From Clostridia bacterium (GTDB lineage: Bacteria; Bacillota; Clostridia; Oscillospirales; CAG-272): a stretch of DNA of 61,000 nt. Where the stretch lies: positions 1 to 61,000 of the forward strand of contig JAFTIH010000023.1 of assembly GCA_017456985.1 (NCBI GenBank). Reading direction: 5' to 3'. Position 1 is the first letter of the stretch. Every line of letters starts with the position of its first letter. Positions 7,446 to 18,352 of this stretch are shown here, in pieces. The translations under genes and the position numbers were made by a program. The notes under the pieces were generated by a model, which was not told the origin of the DNA, searched no databases, and was given only the letters and a program-made list of their open reading frames with translations.

Positions 7446-9914
7446 GTGACAACGCGTACCGCTACGCCGTCTGTTTTGAGAGTGCGTCTGCTTGACGTCC
7501 CCTATCGGATAGACCGTGACTACGATTATTTGCCGCCCGAGGAGCTATCGGGCGACCCTGTCGGACGGATCGTTCTCGTTCCCTTCGGCAAGGGAAACCG
7601 CCCCGTCTACGCCGTCGTTTGCGACGCGGTCGAGGATACGGGCGAGCACGCGCTCAAGCGCGCGCTCTGGTTTTTGCCCGAGGATTATCGCGTGTTGCCC
7701 GAGATCCTGCGCCTTTGCTTTTTCTTGCGCGAGCATACGCTGTGCTCGGTGGGAGATGCGGTGCGTGCCGCGTTTCCTGCCGCGGCGCTGGGGCTCGTCG
7801 AGGAGGTCTTTTCCGCCACCGCCCCGCCTGCGGGTGCGAAAAGCAAAAAGGACGCGCTTCTTGCCTACCTTTGGGAGCATCCCGAGCAGTCGCGCGCGGC
7901 GCTGAACAAGGCGCTGGGCGAGGACGTCGTACGCACGGCGCTCGCGGCGTTACTCAAAGAGGGCAGAGTGCGGCGCGTTATCCGCCGCCACGCCGATGCC
8001 GCGCCGCGGACCAAGCGATACTACACCCCCGCTCTTACGGGTGAGGCGCGTGAGCGCGTACTGCGCGGAGAGGAGAAGCGCCTTTCCGCCAAGGCACTTG
8101 CCGCGTTTCGTTTTTTGTGCGACGAGGAGGGTGCCTTCGAGGAAGAGATCACCGAGCGGCTGAATATTTCCGCATCCCCCCTGCAAACGCTTGCCGCACG
8201 CGGCATTTTGCAGGTAGAGGAGCGCGAGATCGAGCGCAACCCCTACGCACTTCTTGCGCGTCGGCGGGATGCGTCGCCCGTGCTGCTTTCACGCGCACAA
8301 GAGGAGGCGTTTTTGAAGATCTCCTCTCTTTACGAGCAAAAAAAGCCCGCCTGCGCCCTGCTTCACGGCGTGACGGGAAGCGGCAAGACCAAGATCATGA
8401 TCAAGATGCTTGACCGCGTGCTTGCCGAGGGACGGCAGGCGATCCTTCTCGTTCCCGAGATCGCCCTCACCCCGCAAACGGTGGGCATTTTCTGCTCGCG
8501 CTACGGGGAGCGCGTATCGGTGCTGCATTCCTCGCTTTCGGTGGGAGAGCGCTACGACGCCTACCGCCGCATTCTTGCGGGGCAGACGGATCTCGTCATC
8601 GGCACGCGAAGCGCCATCTTTGCGCCGCTCTCGCGGCTTTCCCTCATCATCATTGACGAGGAGCACGAGCATACCTATAAATCGGACGCGCCGCCCCGCT
8701 ACCACACGCGTGACGTTGCGGCGTTCCGCTCGGCGCAAAACGGCGCCCTGACGGTGCTTGCGTCCGCCACCCCGACGATCGAAAGCTATTATAAGGCAAA
8801 GGAAGGGAAATACACGTTAGTACCCCTGACCGAGCGCTACGGCGGGCTTCTTTTGCCCCAAACGGAGATCGTGGATATGCGCGAGGAGCTTCGCGCGGGA
8901 AACACCTCTCCCATCAGCCGCCGCCTTGCCGAGGCACTTGGTGACGTCTGCGCACGCGGCAAGCAAGCGGTGCTTTTCCTCAACCGACGCGGCTATCATC
9001 ACACGGTGAGCTGTCGCGCGTGCGGCGAGGTTCTGCTTTGCCCGCATTGCTCGGTTTCCTTTACCCAGCACACGGGCTATGGTGAGAGCTATCTGCTTTG
9101 CCACGCCTGCGGCACCAAGCGCCCCTTACCCTCTGCGTGTCCCACCTGCGGCGCCGCGCCGCTCTCCTTTCTCGGGACGGGAACGCAAAAGGCAGAGGCG
9201 ACGCTCTCTTCCGAGATCCCCTGTGCGCGCGTCGTCCGTATGGATGCGGACACCACCGCGACGAAGTCTGCTTACGAGCGCATTCTCGGCAAATTCCGAG
9301 AGGGAAAAGCCAACCTTCTTCTCGGCACCCAGATGGTCACCAAGGGACACGATTTCCCGAACGTGGCGCTCTCGGGCGTTTTGCTTGCGGACGCTTCGCT
9401 CTATATGCACGATTTCCGCGCCGCCGAGCGCACCTTCTCGCTTTTGACCCAAGTCATCGGCAGAGCGGGCAGAGCGGGCGAGGTGGGGCGCGCCATCATC
9501 CAAACGATGTCCCCCGACCATCCCGTCATCCGTCTTGCGGCAAAGCAGGACTATCCCGCCTTCTACGAGGACGAGATCAAGCTGCGCCGTTCGCTTGCCT
9601 ACCCGCCCTTTTGCGACGTCGTCACGCTGACGATGAGCGCCGCCGACGAGCAGATGCTCTTAAAGACTGCCGCCGCGGCAAGGGAGCTTCTTATTCGCCG
9701 CCTTGGCGAATGCGAGGGCAAGCCGCGCTTCGCACTGTACGGACCGCTTGAGCTTTCCACCTACAAGGTGGCAGAAAAATATCGGATGCGCCTTCTCGTC
9801 AAGTGCCGCCTCTCTCCCGCGCTTCGCCGTTTGTTCGGCGGCGTGCTTACCGAGCTTGGCACCACCCACGCGCAGGTCGATTTTGCGGTGGACTTCAACC
9901 CGACGGATACCTAA
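7446..9914 (+). CDS. priA: Primosomal protein N'
   Basis: GVTGSGKT, LVPEIALTPQ, DEEH, SATP, four CxxC, GTQMVTKGHDF, QVIGRAGR. Confidence 0.97.
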   Translation: MTTRTATPSVLRVRLLDVPYRIDRDYDYLPPEELSGDPVGRIVLVPFGKGNRPVYAVVCDAVEDTGEHALKRALWFLPEDYRVLPEILRLCFFLREHTLCSVGDAVRAAFPAAALGLVEEVFSATAPPAGAKSKKDALLAYLWEHPEQSRAALNKALGEDVVRTALAALLKEGRVRRVIRRHADAAPRTKRYYTPALTGEARERVLRGEEKRLSAKALAAFRFLCDEEGAFEEEITERLNISASPLQTLAARGILQVEEREIERNPYALLARRRDASPVLLSRAQEEAFLKISSLYEQKKPACALLHGVTGSGKTKIMIKMLDRVLAEGRQAILLVPEIALTPQTVGIFCSRYGERVSVLHSSLSVGERYDAYRRILAGQTDLVIGTRSAIFAPLSRLSLIIIDEEHEHTYKSDAPPRYHTRDVAAFRSAQNGALTVLASATPTIESYYKAKEGKYTLVPLTERYGGLLLPQTEIVDMREELRAGNTSPISRRLAEALGDVCARGKQAVLFLNRRGYHHTVSCRACGEVLLCPHCSVSFTQHTGYGESYLLCHACGTKRPLPSACPTCGAAPLSFLGTGTQKAEATLSSEIPCARVVRMDADTTATKSAYERILGKFREGKANLLLGTQMVTKGHDFPNVALSGVLLADASLYMHDFRAAERTFSLLTQVIGRAGRAGEVGRAIIQTMSPDHPVIRLAAKQDYPAFYEDEIKLRRSLAYPPFCDVVTLTMSAADEQMLLKTAAAARELLIRRLGECEGKPRFALYGPLELSTYKVAEKYRMRLLVKCRLSPALRRLFGGVLTELGTTHAQVDFAVDFNPTDT

Positions 9915-10006
9915 GTACGGATCCTACGCACCGCAGGGCTTCGTCCGAAGCGACCGAGGGTGTGATCAATAAAAAACGGCATAGCCGTAAAAAAACCGAG
10001 GTAACT

Positions 10007-10459
10007 ATGGCAATTCTCAACATTATTAAGGAGGGCGATCCTCTTCTTCGCAAGCACAGCCGTGCGGTGGAGGAAATTACGCCCCGTATTACGACGCTTC
10101 TTGACGATATGGTAGAAACGATGCGCAAGGCAAACGGCTGCGGGCTTGCCGCCGTACAGGTGGGCGTGCTTCGCCGCGTCGTGGTCATCGAGGTCGAGGA
10201 GGGGACGGTCTATGAGATGATCAACCCCGAGATCGTTTTCCGCGCAGGCGTACAGGAGGAGCAGGAGGGGTGCCTTTCGGTTCCCGAAAAATGGGGCATC
10301 ACCCGCCGTCCTGCGCGCGTTACGGTGCGCTTTACCAACCGCGAGGGAACGCTGTGCGAGCTTCGCGGCGAGGGACTTCTTGCCCGCGCCATCTGCCACG
10401 AGGTGGACCATCTTGACGGTAAGCTCTTTACCGACGTCGTGATCCGCTACGAGGACTAA
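10007..10459 (+). CDS. def: Peptide deformylase
   Basis: GCGLAAVQVG, EGCLS, CHEVDHLDG; RBS GAGG before ATG 10007. Confidence 0.97.
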   Translation: MAILNIIKEGDPLLRKHSRAVEEITPRITTLLDDMVETMRKANGCGLAAVQVGVLRRVVVIEVEEGTVYEMINPEIVFRAGVQEEQEGCLSVPEKWGITRRPARVTVRFTNREGTLCELRGEGLLARAICHEVDHLDGKLFTDVVIRYED

Positions 10460-10497
10460 ATGCCGCGCAAGCGCAAAGAAAACCCGAGGAGTCAAGT

Positions 10498-11430
10498 ATG
10501 AGAGTTTTATTTATGGGGACCCCCGACATTGCCGCGACCGCGCTTTCGGCGCTTCTTGAGGGCGGCTTTACCGTCGTGGGTGCCGTGTCCCAGCCCGACC
10601 GCCCGCGCGGCAGAGGAATGACCCTCACGCCGCCCCCCGTCAAGGTGCTTGCCAAAGAGCGGGGCATTCCCGTGTATCAGCCCGAGAGCCTTCGCGACGG
10701 GGCGCTTTTGCCCCTGCTCGATGCGTGCCGTCCCGACGTGATCGCCGTGGTGGCGTACGGAAAGATCCTTCCCGAATACGTTTTGAATTATCCCGCATAC
10801 GGCTGTATCAATCTGCACGTTTCGCTCCTTCCGCGCTATCGCGGTGCCGCCCCGATGCAACGCGCCATTATGGCGGGCGAGCGCGAAACGGGCGTTTGCA
10901 CGATGCAGATGGACGCGGGACTCGATACGGGCGACGTGCTTTTGCGCCGCGCCTTTCCCATTTCCGACGAGGACAACTTTGAAACGGTCCACGATCGCGC
11001 CGCAGAGATCGGCGGTGCGCTCCTTTGCGAGACCCTGAAAGCGCTCAAAGCGGGTACCGTCACGCCCCAAAAGCAGGACGCTTCTCTTGCCACGTACGCC
11101 GAGAAAATCACCAAGGAGGACTGCGTTCTTGATTTTACGAAGAGCGCGCGCGTGCTTTTTGCTCAGATCCGCGGTCTTTCCCCCATCCCCCTTTCCTTTA
11201 CGAAAATGCCCGACGGCAAGCTCTTAAAGGTCGTGTCCGCTTCGCTTGCCGAGGGACGCGGCAGGGCGGGTGAGATCCTGCGTGCCGAGAGCGACGGCTT
11301 CGTCGTTGCCTGCGGTGAGGGTGCGCTTCTTCTTCGCACCGTGCTCCCCGAGGGCAAGGGCAGAATGAATGCCGCCGATCTCCTTCGCGGTCGCCGCGTG
11401 AACGTGGGCGACGTCCTTGGCAATGTTTAA
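10498..11430 (+). CDS. fmt: Methionyl-tRNA formyltransferase
   Basis: FMGTPDIA, QPDRPRGRG, NLHVSLLPRYRGAAP, GLDTGD. Confidence 0.97.
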   Translation: MRVLFMGTPDIAATALSALLEGGFTVVGAVSQPDRPRGRGMTLTPPPVKVLAKERGIPVYQPESLRDGALLPLLDACRPDVIAVVAYGKILPEYVLNYPAYGCINLHVSLLPRYRGAAPMQRAIMAGERETGVCTMQMDAGLDTGDVLLRRAFPISDEDNFETVHDRAAEIGGALLCETLKALKAGTVTPQKQDASLATYAEKITKEDCVLDFTKSARVLFAQIRGLSPIPLSFTKMPDGKLLKVVSASLAEGRGRAGEILRAESDGFVVACGEGALLLRTVLPEGKGRMNAADLLRGRRVNVGDVLGNV

Positions 11431-12718
11431 CGTGCGTCGCGCCGCGACGGCGCTCCTTCTTTCGATGGTGAAGTCGGGCGGCTTTGCCAATCTCGTGCTT
11501 TCGGACGCACGCCTTGCCGAGGCGGGCGAGGACGCGCCGCTTCTGACCGCTCTTTTTTACGGGACGGTGGAGCGCACCCTGACGCTCGATTACGCCATCT
11601 CGCATTTTGCCGCACGCCCCGCAGAGTCGCTGGCGCCCCACACGCGCGCCGTCCTTCGGCTCGGCTTGTATCAAATCTATTTCACCCGCATCCCCCCGCA
11701 CGCCGCCATCAACGAAACGGTGTCGCTCGGGGAAAACAAGGGCGAGCGCGCCCTTTTGAACGCGGTGCTTCGCCGCGCCGCGACCGAGCCGCCACCGCTT
11801 CCCCCCGAGGGACGCACGGCGCGCCACCTTTCGGTCAAGGAGTCCTTTCCCTTGCCCACCGTGCGCCGCTTTTTGTCCCAGTACGGCGAGGAGGAAACGA
11901 GAGCGCTTTTATCCGCGTTTAACCGCGTTTCTCCCTTGACGATCACCGTCAATCCCCGCGTTGCCACGCGCGAGGCGCTGCTTGCCGACTTTGCGGCGGC
12001 GGGCTTTTCCGCCGAGCCGACGCGCTATTGTGCGCGCAGCATTCGCTTTTTGGAAAGCGTTGACCCCGTAAGGCTACCGCGCTTTGCCGAGGGGGCGTTT
12101 TTCGTGCAGGACGAGGCGTCCGCGCTCGTTGCCGATGCGCTGGGTGCGCGCGAGGGGGACAACGTCATCGACGTTTGTGCCGCCCCGGGCGGCAAGATCC
12201 TTGGGGTCGCGACGGCGCTTTGCGGCAACGGGACCTTTACGGCGTTTGACTTGCACGAAAGCAAGCTCTCTCTTATTCGCGAGAGCGCCGCGCGGCTGGG
12301 CGTTTCTCTTTCCGTGCGCGCACTTGACGCGACGGAGGGCGACGCATCGCTCGACGGCACCGCCGACGCGCTTCTTTGCGACGTCCCCTGCTCGGGACTC
12401 GGCGTGCTGGGCAAAAAGCCCGACCTGCGCTACCGCGCGTACGACCCGATGCTCTCTTCCTTGGGCGCGCGCATCCTTGCGCGAAGCACACGCTATCTGC
12501 GCGTGGGCGGTGTGATGATCTATTCCACCTGCACGCTTGCTCCCGAGGAAAACGAGGACGTAGTCAAGAATTTCTTAAATGCTAACCAACAGTTTACGTT
12601 GGAAGAGTTTACTCTGGGTGACGGCGCCTTAAAGAGCGAAGAGGGGATGCTGACGATGCTCCCGCATAAGCACGGGACGGACGGCTTCTTCCTCGCCAAA
12701 CTGCGCCGCCATGCGTAA
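11423..12718 (+). CDS. rsmB: 16S rRNA m5C967 methyltransferase
   Basis: NusB-like N-terminus; VQDEAS, DVCAAPGGK, DVPCSGLG, YSTCT, DGFF. Confidence 0.95.
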   Translation: MFNVRRAATALLLSMVKSGGFANLVLSDARLAEAGEDAPLLTALFYGTVERTLTLDYAISHFAARPAESLAPHTRAVLRLGLYQIYFTRIPPHAAINETVSLGENKGERALLNAVLRRAATEPPPLPPEGRTARHLSVKESFPLPTVRRFLSQYGEEETRALLSAFNRVSPLTITVNPRVATREALLADFAAAGFSAEPTRYCARSIRFLESVDPVRLPRFAEGAFFVQDEASALVADALGAREGDNVIDVCAAPGGKILGVATALCGNGTFTAFDLHESKLSLIRESAARLGVSLSVRALDATEGDASLDGTADALLCDVPCSGLGVLGKKPDLRYRAYDPMLSSLGARILARSTRYLRVGGVMIYSTCTLAPEENEDVVKNFLNANQQFTLEEFTLGDGALKSEEGMLTMLPHKHGTDGFFLAKLRRHA

Positions 12719-12807
12719 GTGGCGCCCCCGTTTGATGCTTTCTTTATTTTCAGAGGATACGGGACTTTGACTAAAAAACAAAAAAACGACAAGGACGACG
12801 GAATATT

Positions 12808-13872
12808 TTGAACGAAAACGGGCAAACAATGGATCTGATGTCCCTTCTCCCCGAGGAGCTAGAGGCACTTTGCGCTTCTCTGGGACAGCCGCGCTACCGC
12901 GCCAAGCAGATCTTTACCTTTCTCTCGCGCGGGGTGTGGGTGGACGAAATGTCCTCGCTTCCCAAGGACCTGCGCGCAAAGCTCTCACAAATTGCGGAAA
13001 ACCGCTTGCCGACGGTAGAGGAAAAGCAGATCTCCTCCGACGGCACGGTCAAATATCTGTTCCGCCTTCTCGACGGGGAGTGCATCGAGAGCGTTTTTAT
13101 GCGCTACGAGCACGGCAACACCCTTTGCATTTCGAGCGAGGTGGGATGCCCGATGGGCTGCACCTTCTGCGCCTCCACGCTGGGGGGCAAGGTGCGCGAT
13201 CTTCTCCCCTCCGAAATGCTTGGACAGATCATCGCCGCCGAAAAGGATATGGGCGAGCGCATCTCGGGCGTGGTGATGATGGGCATCGGGGAGCCGCTTG
13301 ACAACTACGACAACGTCATTCGATTTTTACAGCTGGTCAATCACAAGGACGGGCTTTGCATCGGCTACCGCCACATCTCCCTTTCGACCTGCGGTCTGGT
13401 GCCCGGTATTGAAAAGCTCGCAAACGAGGACCTTCCCATCACGCTTTCCATCTCGCTCCACGCGGTGACGGACGAAAAGCGCTCGGCGATCATGCCCGTC
13501 AACCGCCGCTACGGCATTGACGCGCTTCTTTCGGCGTGCGCCGCCTACTACCGCAAGACGGGACGCCGCATTTCCTTTGAATATACCCTTCTTCACGGTG
13601 AAAACGATACCGACGAGGACGCGGCGGCGCTTGCAAGGCTTCTGCATCGGTATATGCGGGGAATGCCCATCCACGTCAACCTCATTCGTGTCAACGAGGT
13701 CAAGGAGCGCACGCACCGCGCGGGAACGCGCCAGAGCGCTCACCGCTTTGCCGAGCTGCTCGGCACGATGGGCGTGAACGCCACGGTGCGCCGCCGCCTC
13801 GGCTCGGACGTGGACGCCGCTTGCGGTCAGCTTCGCCGCGCCCGCGCCAAGAAGGAGGAGCGCCCGTCGTGA
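12808..13872 (+). CDS. rlmN: 23S rRNA m2A2503 radical SAM methyltransferase
   Basis: CPMGCTFCAS, MGIGEP, SLHA, DVDAACGQL; start may be ATG 12829. Confidence 0.95.
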   Translation: MNENGQTMDLMSLLPEELEALCASLGQPRYRAKQIFTFLSRGVWVDEMSSLPKDLRAKLSQIAENRLPTVEEKQISSDGTVKYLFRLLDGECIESVFMRYEHGNTLCISSEVGCPMGCTFCASTLGGKVRDLLPSEMLGQIIAAEKDMGERISGVVMMGIGEPLDNYDNVIRFLQLVNHKDGLCIGYRHISLSTCGLVPGIEKLANEDLPITLSISLHAVTDEKRSAIMPVNRRYGIDALLSACAAYYRKTGRRISFEYTLLHGENDTDEDAAALARLLHRYMRGMPIHVNLIRVNEVKERTHRAGTRQSAHRFAELLGTMGVNATVRRRLGSDVDAACGQLRRARAKKEERPS

Positions 13873-14612
13873 ACGTTTACGCACACACCGACGTGGGGCT
13901 TCGCCGCGCCCACAACGAGGACACCTACGCCATCTGTCCGCTTGCCGAGGAGGACGCTCTTCTTCTCGTGCTTTGTGACGGTATGGGCGGCGAGAAGGGC
14001 GGGGAGGTGGCGGCAGAGCTTTGCTCCACGTATCTTTATGACACCTTCAAGGGAGAAAAAACGCCCACAAAGCGCGCGCTCCGCGCGGCGCTTTCCGCGG
14101 CAAACCGCGCCGTCTTCCGCGCACGGAGCGCGGGGGATGGAGAAAACGCCCGTATGGGAACGACGGTGGTTTTAGCCCTTGCCGAGCCCGCGGCGCTCAC
14201 CCTTTTCTGGGTGGGGGACAGCCGCGCCTACCTCTTGCACGGCGGCGCGCTTTCCCGCCTGACGCGGGACCACTCCTACGTGGAGGAGGAAATTGCAAAG
14301 GGGCGCCTTTCGCCGTCGGCGGCAAGGCTTCATCCGATGCGCAACGTAATTACCCGTGCTGTGGGTGCCGCGCCCACGGTCAAGGTCGACTCACTGACTC
14401 TTGCGTGGGAGGAGGGCGATCGCCTGCTTTTGTGCAGCGACGGATTGCACGGCGCGCTTTCGGATGGGGAGATCCTTGAGATCCTATCCGAGGGGGAGCC
14501 GCTCGGGATCGTCGCGCACGGGCTCGTTCACGCGGCAAACACCCACGGCGGTGAGGACAACGTCACCGTAGTGCTTTTAGAAAATACGAAGGAGAATTTA
14601 CCCAATGCTTGA
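13869..14612 (+). CDS. stp: PP2C-type Ser/Thr phosphatase (Stp/PrpC)
   Basis: TDVGLRR.HNED, CDGMGG, MGTT, VGDSRAY, LCSDGL, GGEDNVT; GTG start overlapping rlmN stop. Confidence 0.93.
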   Translation: MNVYAHTDVGLRRAHNEDTYAICPLAEEDALLLVLCDGMGGEKGGEVAAELCSTYLYDTFKGEKTPTKRALRAALSAANRAVFRARSAGDGENARMGTTVVLALAEPAALTLFWVGDSRAYLLHGGALSRLTRDHSYVEEEIAKGRLSPSAARLHPMRNVITRAVGAAPTVKVDSLTLAWEEGDRLLLCSDGLHGALSDGEILEILSEGEPLGIVAHGLVHAANTHGGEDNVTVVLLENTKENLPNA

Positions 14613-16473
14613 TGTAAAAAACTATCTTGGTAGAATGCTGGCGGAGCGCTATCTGCTCGTCCGCGTGATCGGACACGGTGCGTCCTCGACGGTGTTTTAC
14701 GCACAGGATATGATGACGAGGCAGGAGGACGGCTCGCCGCTTCCCGTCGCGATCAAGGTGCTTGACCGTGACGCGGGGGAGTATAAGCTCAACTCCAAGA
14801 GCTACCGCACGGAGATCAGCGCGGTGGCGGACATCCCTACCAGCCCCCATATCATCGCCGTAAAGGACGTCTCCTTCTTTGAGGACGAGCATTTTATCGT
14901 GATGGAATACGTCAGCGGTAAGACGCTTAAGGACTATATTGCCGAAAAGGGCGGAACGCTCCCCCCCAAGGAGATCGTTTCGATCGCGTTGCAGCTTCTT
15001 TCCGCGCTTCGCATCGCACACGAGGCGGGCGTCGTTCACCGCGACGTCAAGCCCCAGAACATTATGGTGGAGCGCGCGGACGAGGTCGGCGGCGCGGTGG
15101 AGATCCCGGGCGGTGCCGATATGCCCTTCGTCAAGCTCGCCGACTTCGGTATCGCGCTTCTTCCCGATGAAGATTTGTTTATGATGAAGGAAAAGGGCGT
15201 GGGGACGGTATATTATATCAGCCCCGAGCAGGCGTGCGGCAATCCCACCGATGCGCGCAGCGACCTATATTCTCTGGGCGTCGTGATGTACGAGATGGCG
15301 ACGGGCAACGTGCCCTTTGATGCGCAAAGCCCCACGGGTATCATCTCCAAGCACCAGACCGAGATGCCCTTCCACGTGCGCAACCGCAACCACGAGGTTC
15401 CGCTGCTTCTCGACCAGATCATCTTTACCGCGATGCAGAAAAATCCCGCGGCGCGCTACAAGGATGCCGCTTCGATGGAGAAAAAGCTAAGGGAAGTGAT
15501 GCGTCTGCTTTGCCACGAGGGAACGACCCCCGTGATGGACGACGCAGACCCCTTCCGCAAAGCGCCCACGGGTGTGACGGTGGATGCGCGCGACGCAAAG
15601 CCCGCACGCGCCCCCAAGGAACCCCGCGCTCCCCGTGCTCCCCGCAAGCAGAATAAAGCCCTCACGCGCGGGCTTCTCATCGGCGGCGCGTCGCTCCTTC
15701 TTTGCGCCGCGATCGTGCTTGGTGCGGTGTTCCTTTTGCCCACCCTTCTCAAAAAGACCTACGATATCACCGTGCCGAATCTCGTCGGTACGGCGTATAA
15801 CGAGGACGCGACCTACGCCGACGGCGTCTTCGTTCCCGTGGACAAGGTCACCTTCGTCTATGACGACGACGTGGCGGCGGGACAGGTCATCCGCCAGACC
15901 CCCTCGTCGGGCGTCTTTCTGCAAGACGTAGAAAAGGTGGAGATCTCGCTCGTCGTCAGCCTTGGTCCCGAGATGGCGGACTTCTCGCTTCCCGCCACTT
16001 TCCGCACGGATTATAAGACGGCAAAGAATTATTTGGAGAGCGGCGATCGCCCCTATAAGCAGTTCTTCGTCAGCCATTTCGTAGAAGCGGAAACCTACGA
16101 CCCCACCCTGCCCGGCGGCACGGTCGTGGGCGCATACCACAAGCACGACTTTACCCCGCTTTCGTTAGACGGCGACAAGGTGTATAAGGTCAAGACGAAG
16201 GAGATCGTTCTCGTCGTCAACCCCACCGAAAAGGAGCTCTTTGCCATTCCCGACACGGAGTGCCGCAACGCAGAGCGCGCGACGGCGTATCTTGCCGTGG
16301 CGTATCCTTATCTGACGGTGGAGGGAACCGTTACGGCACCCGAAGGGATGGAGGGCGCCAATATGCCCACGGGTACCGTGGTCGGGCTTTGCCTTGAAGA
16401 CGGCACCATCATTGGATTTTTGCAGAATATTGTGAAGGAGGAGCAGCGGGTCAAGCTCGTTCTTGCCCCGTAA
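14605..16473 (+). CDS. pknB: Membrane Ser/Thr kinase with PASTA domain (PrkC/PknB)
   Basis: VAIK, HRDVKPQN, DFG, YISPEQ, DLYSLG; one TM; VPNLVG...GQVIRQTP PASTA-like region. Confidence 0.9.
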   Translation: MLDVKNYLGRMLAERYLLVRVIGHGASSTVFYAQDMMTRQEDGSPLPVAIKVLDRDAGEYKLNSKSYRTEISAVADIPTSPHIIAVKDVSFFEDEHFIVMEYVSGKTLKDYIAEKGGTLPPKEIVSIALQLLSALRIAHEAGVVHRDVKPQNIMVERADEVGGAVEIPGGADMPFVKLADFGIALLPDEDLFMMKEKGVGTVYYISPEQACGNPTDARSDLYSLGVVMYEMATGNVPFDAQSPTGIISKHQTEMPFHVRNRNHEVPLLLDQIIFTAMQKNPAARYKDAASMEKKLREVMRLLCHEGTTPVMDDADPFRKAPTGVTVDARDAKPARAPKEPRAPRAPRKQNKALTRGLLIGGASLLLCAAIVLGAVFLLPTLLKKTYDITVPNLVGTAYNEDATYADGVFVPVDKVTFVYDDDVAAGQVIRQTPSSGVFLQDVEKVEISLVVSLGPEMADFSLPATFRTDYKTAKNYLESGDRPYKQFFVSHFVEAETYDPTLPGGTVVGAYHKHDFTPLSLDGDKVYKVKTKEIVLVVNPTEKELFAIPDTECRNAERATAYLAVAYPYLTVEGTVTAPEGMEGANMPTGTVVGLCLEDGTIIGFLQNIVKEEQRVKLVLAP

Positions 16474-16478
16474 GGCTT

Positions 16479-17399
16479 ATGACGGAATATAAAGAAGAGG
16501 GGATCGTCGTTCGCGGTCTTGGCGGTGCCTTTACCGTCCGCACGGATGCGGGCGCGTATTACACCTGTCGCGCCAAGGGCGTTTTGAAGCGCAACGACGG
16601 TAAGCTTCTCGTGGGCGACCGCGTGACGCTTTCCCGCTCCGAGGACGGGCAGGAGTGCGTGGTGTCCGAGATCCTTGCGCGCCGATGTGCGCTCATCCGC
16701 CCGCCGCTTGCCAACGTGACGGTGCTCGTGCTCGTGATGGCGGGCGCCTATCCCGCCCCCTCCCTTCCCACCGCTGACCGCCTGCTCGCCATTTGCGCGC
16801 ACGAGGGCATCGAGCCTGTGATCGTGCTCACCAAATCCGATCTTGCGAAGGCGGAAAACGAGGCGCTTTGCGCCTTGTATCGCGATGCGGGCTACGAGGT
16901 CTATTCTACCTGCGCCACGACGGGCGCGGGGACGGACGTGCTTCGCGCGGCACTCTCCGAAAAGCTCCGTGCGGGCGGCATCGCCGCGTTTGCGGGGGCT
17001 TCGGGCGTGGGAAAATCCACCCTGCTCTGTGCGCTTTTCCCCTCGCTTGCGCTCGAAACGGGCGCGCTCAGCGAGAAAACGGCGCGCGGACGGCATACCA
17101 CGCGCCACGTGGAGCTGTTTGATTTTTCGGGCGGCTTTGTGGCGGACACTCCCGGTTTTAGCCTGCTCGACTTTGAGCATTTTGACTTTTTCTCCCTCGA
17201 CGACCTTTTTGACGCCTTCCCCGATTTCGCTCCCTATCGCGGTGCCTGCCGCTACGACGACTGCACGCACGTCAAGGAGGAGGGGTGCGCACTGTTAGAT
17301 GCCGTCCGCGAGGGACGCGTTGCCCCCTCACGCCACGAAACCTACGCAGAGCTTTACGCCATTCTCAAAACGAAAAAATCAACCTATCCCAAGCGGTAG
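16479..17399 (+). CDS. rsgA: Ribosome small subunit-dependent GTPase A
   Basis: TKSDL, GASGVGKST, GRHTT, DTPGF, CRYDDCTHVKEEGC. Confidence 0.96.
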   Translation: MTEYKEEGIVVRGLGGAFTVRTDAGAYYTCRAKGVLKRNDGKLLVGDRVTLSRSEDGQECVVSEILARRCALIRPPLANVTVLVLVMAGAYPAPSLPTADRLLAICAHEGIEPVIVLTKSDLAKAENEALCALYRDAGYEVYSTCATTGAGTDVLRAALSEKLRAGGIAAFAGASGVGKSTLLCALFPSLALETGALSEKTARGRHTTRHVELFDFSGGFVADTPGFSLLDFEHFDFFSLDDLFDAFPDFAPYRGACRYDDCTHVKEEGCALLDAVREGRVAPSRHETYAELYAILKTKKSTYPKR

Positions 17400-17438
17400 A
17401 GGGCAAGCGCAGTCAGCGTTTCCTACATAAAAAGAAAA

Positions 17439-17475
17439 GAGCAAATACGGTTTCCCGTATTTGCTCCTTTTTTTT
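17439..17475. terminator. Bidirectional intrinsic terminator between rsgA and the virion operon
   Basis: GAGCAAATACGG-TTTC-CCGTATTTGCTC with A-rich 5' flank and T-tract 3' flank. Confidence 0.85.
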
Positions 17476-17494
17476 GCGGGGGTCAGTGCTTGCC

Positions 17495-18340
17495 CTATTC
17501 TTGGCACGCGTGTGCCGTTTGCTCCTTTAAGTATTCTTCAAGGAGCGCGCACTGCTCGGAAAGGAATTCCGCTTTGTCCTCCGTTGCGTGAAAGTAACCC
17601 GCGCGAAAGCCCTTGACGCCGCTTTGTAAGAGTGTGAAGAGCTTTAATAGGTACCCCACGATGGCGTCGGGCGAGGGGTTTAACAGGACCTCGCAGGCGA
17701 CGGAAACGGAGAGTGCGGCGAACAGTGCGAGCGGCAGAAGAAAGGAAAGGGTGCGGCGGTGGCGCTGCTTGTCGGGAGAGAGGGAGAGCGGCGCGTGGAA
17801 CGCCGCGGCGGGACGCTCTGCGAGCAGGGCGCGTGGGGAAAGCGTGATCGCTTTCATCCCGTCGAGCGCGCGCAAAGCGCGCGCCTCCCGTCTTGTGCGC
17901 TCTCGCTTTTCCTTGGCACGAATGGCGGTGAGCGCTTCTTCATCCAAAAAGTGCTCGTGTAAGAGCTCGCGGCGTCGGGCTGCCGTTTCCTTCTCGGAGT
18001 ACGCCCTACAAAACGCCGCAACGGATGCGCCCGAGCCGTGTGTGCTGACCGCCTCGAAGAGAGCTGTGCGTTTCGAGAGAAGGGTAGAGAAGCGCTCTTC
18101 CTTTTCCCCCTGCGCGCGGCCCGTTTCAAAGAGGGAAACGTAGATGACGTAGGAGGAGAAAAGAAGGAGAAAAAAGGAAAGGGAAAAATTGACCGTGCTG
18201 ACGAAGGAAAAGGAAAGGTCGGTAAAGAAGAGCGCCGAGAAGATCAGCACCGTTGCCGCCGCGACGACGAGTCCGAGGTAGGAGAGAAGACCGCGCAGGG
18301 CGGGCTTTTTGGTGACGGGGAGAAGCCATTCGTCCTTCAT
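17495..18340 (-). CDS. Hypothetical membrane protein (about 4 TM, large basic loop), last gene of virion operon
   Basis: Two N-terminal and one to two C-terminal hydrophobic segments; RBS AGGAGG. Confidence 0.7.
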   Translation of the reverse strand: MKDEWLLPVTKKPALRGLLSYLGLVVAAATVLIFSALFFTDLSFSFVSTVNFSLSFFLLLFSSYVIYVSLFETGRAQGEKEERFSTLLSKRTALFEAVSTHGSGASVAAFCRAYSEKETAARRRELLHEHFLDEEALTAIRAKEKRERTRREARALRALDGMKAITLSPRALLAERPAAAFHAPLSLSPDKQRHRRTLSFLLPLALFAALSVSVACEVLLNPSPDAIVGYLLKLFTLLQSGVKGFRAGYFHATEDKAEFLSEQCALLEEYLKEQTAHACQE

Positions 18341-18352
18341 ACGCGTGCCTCC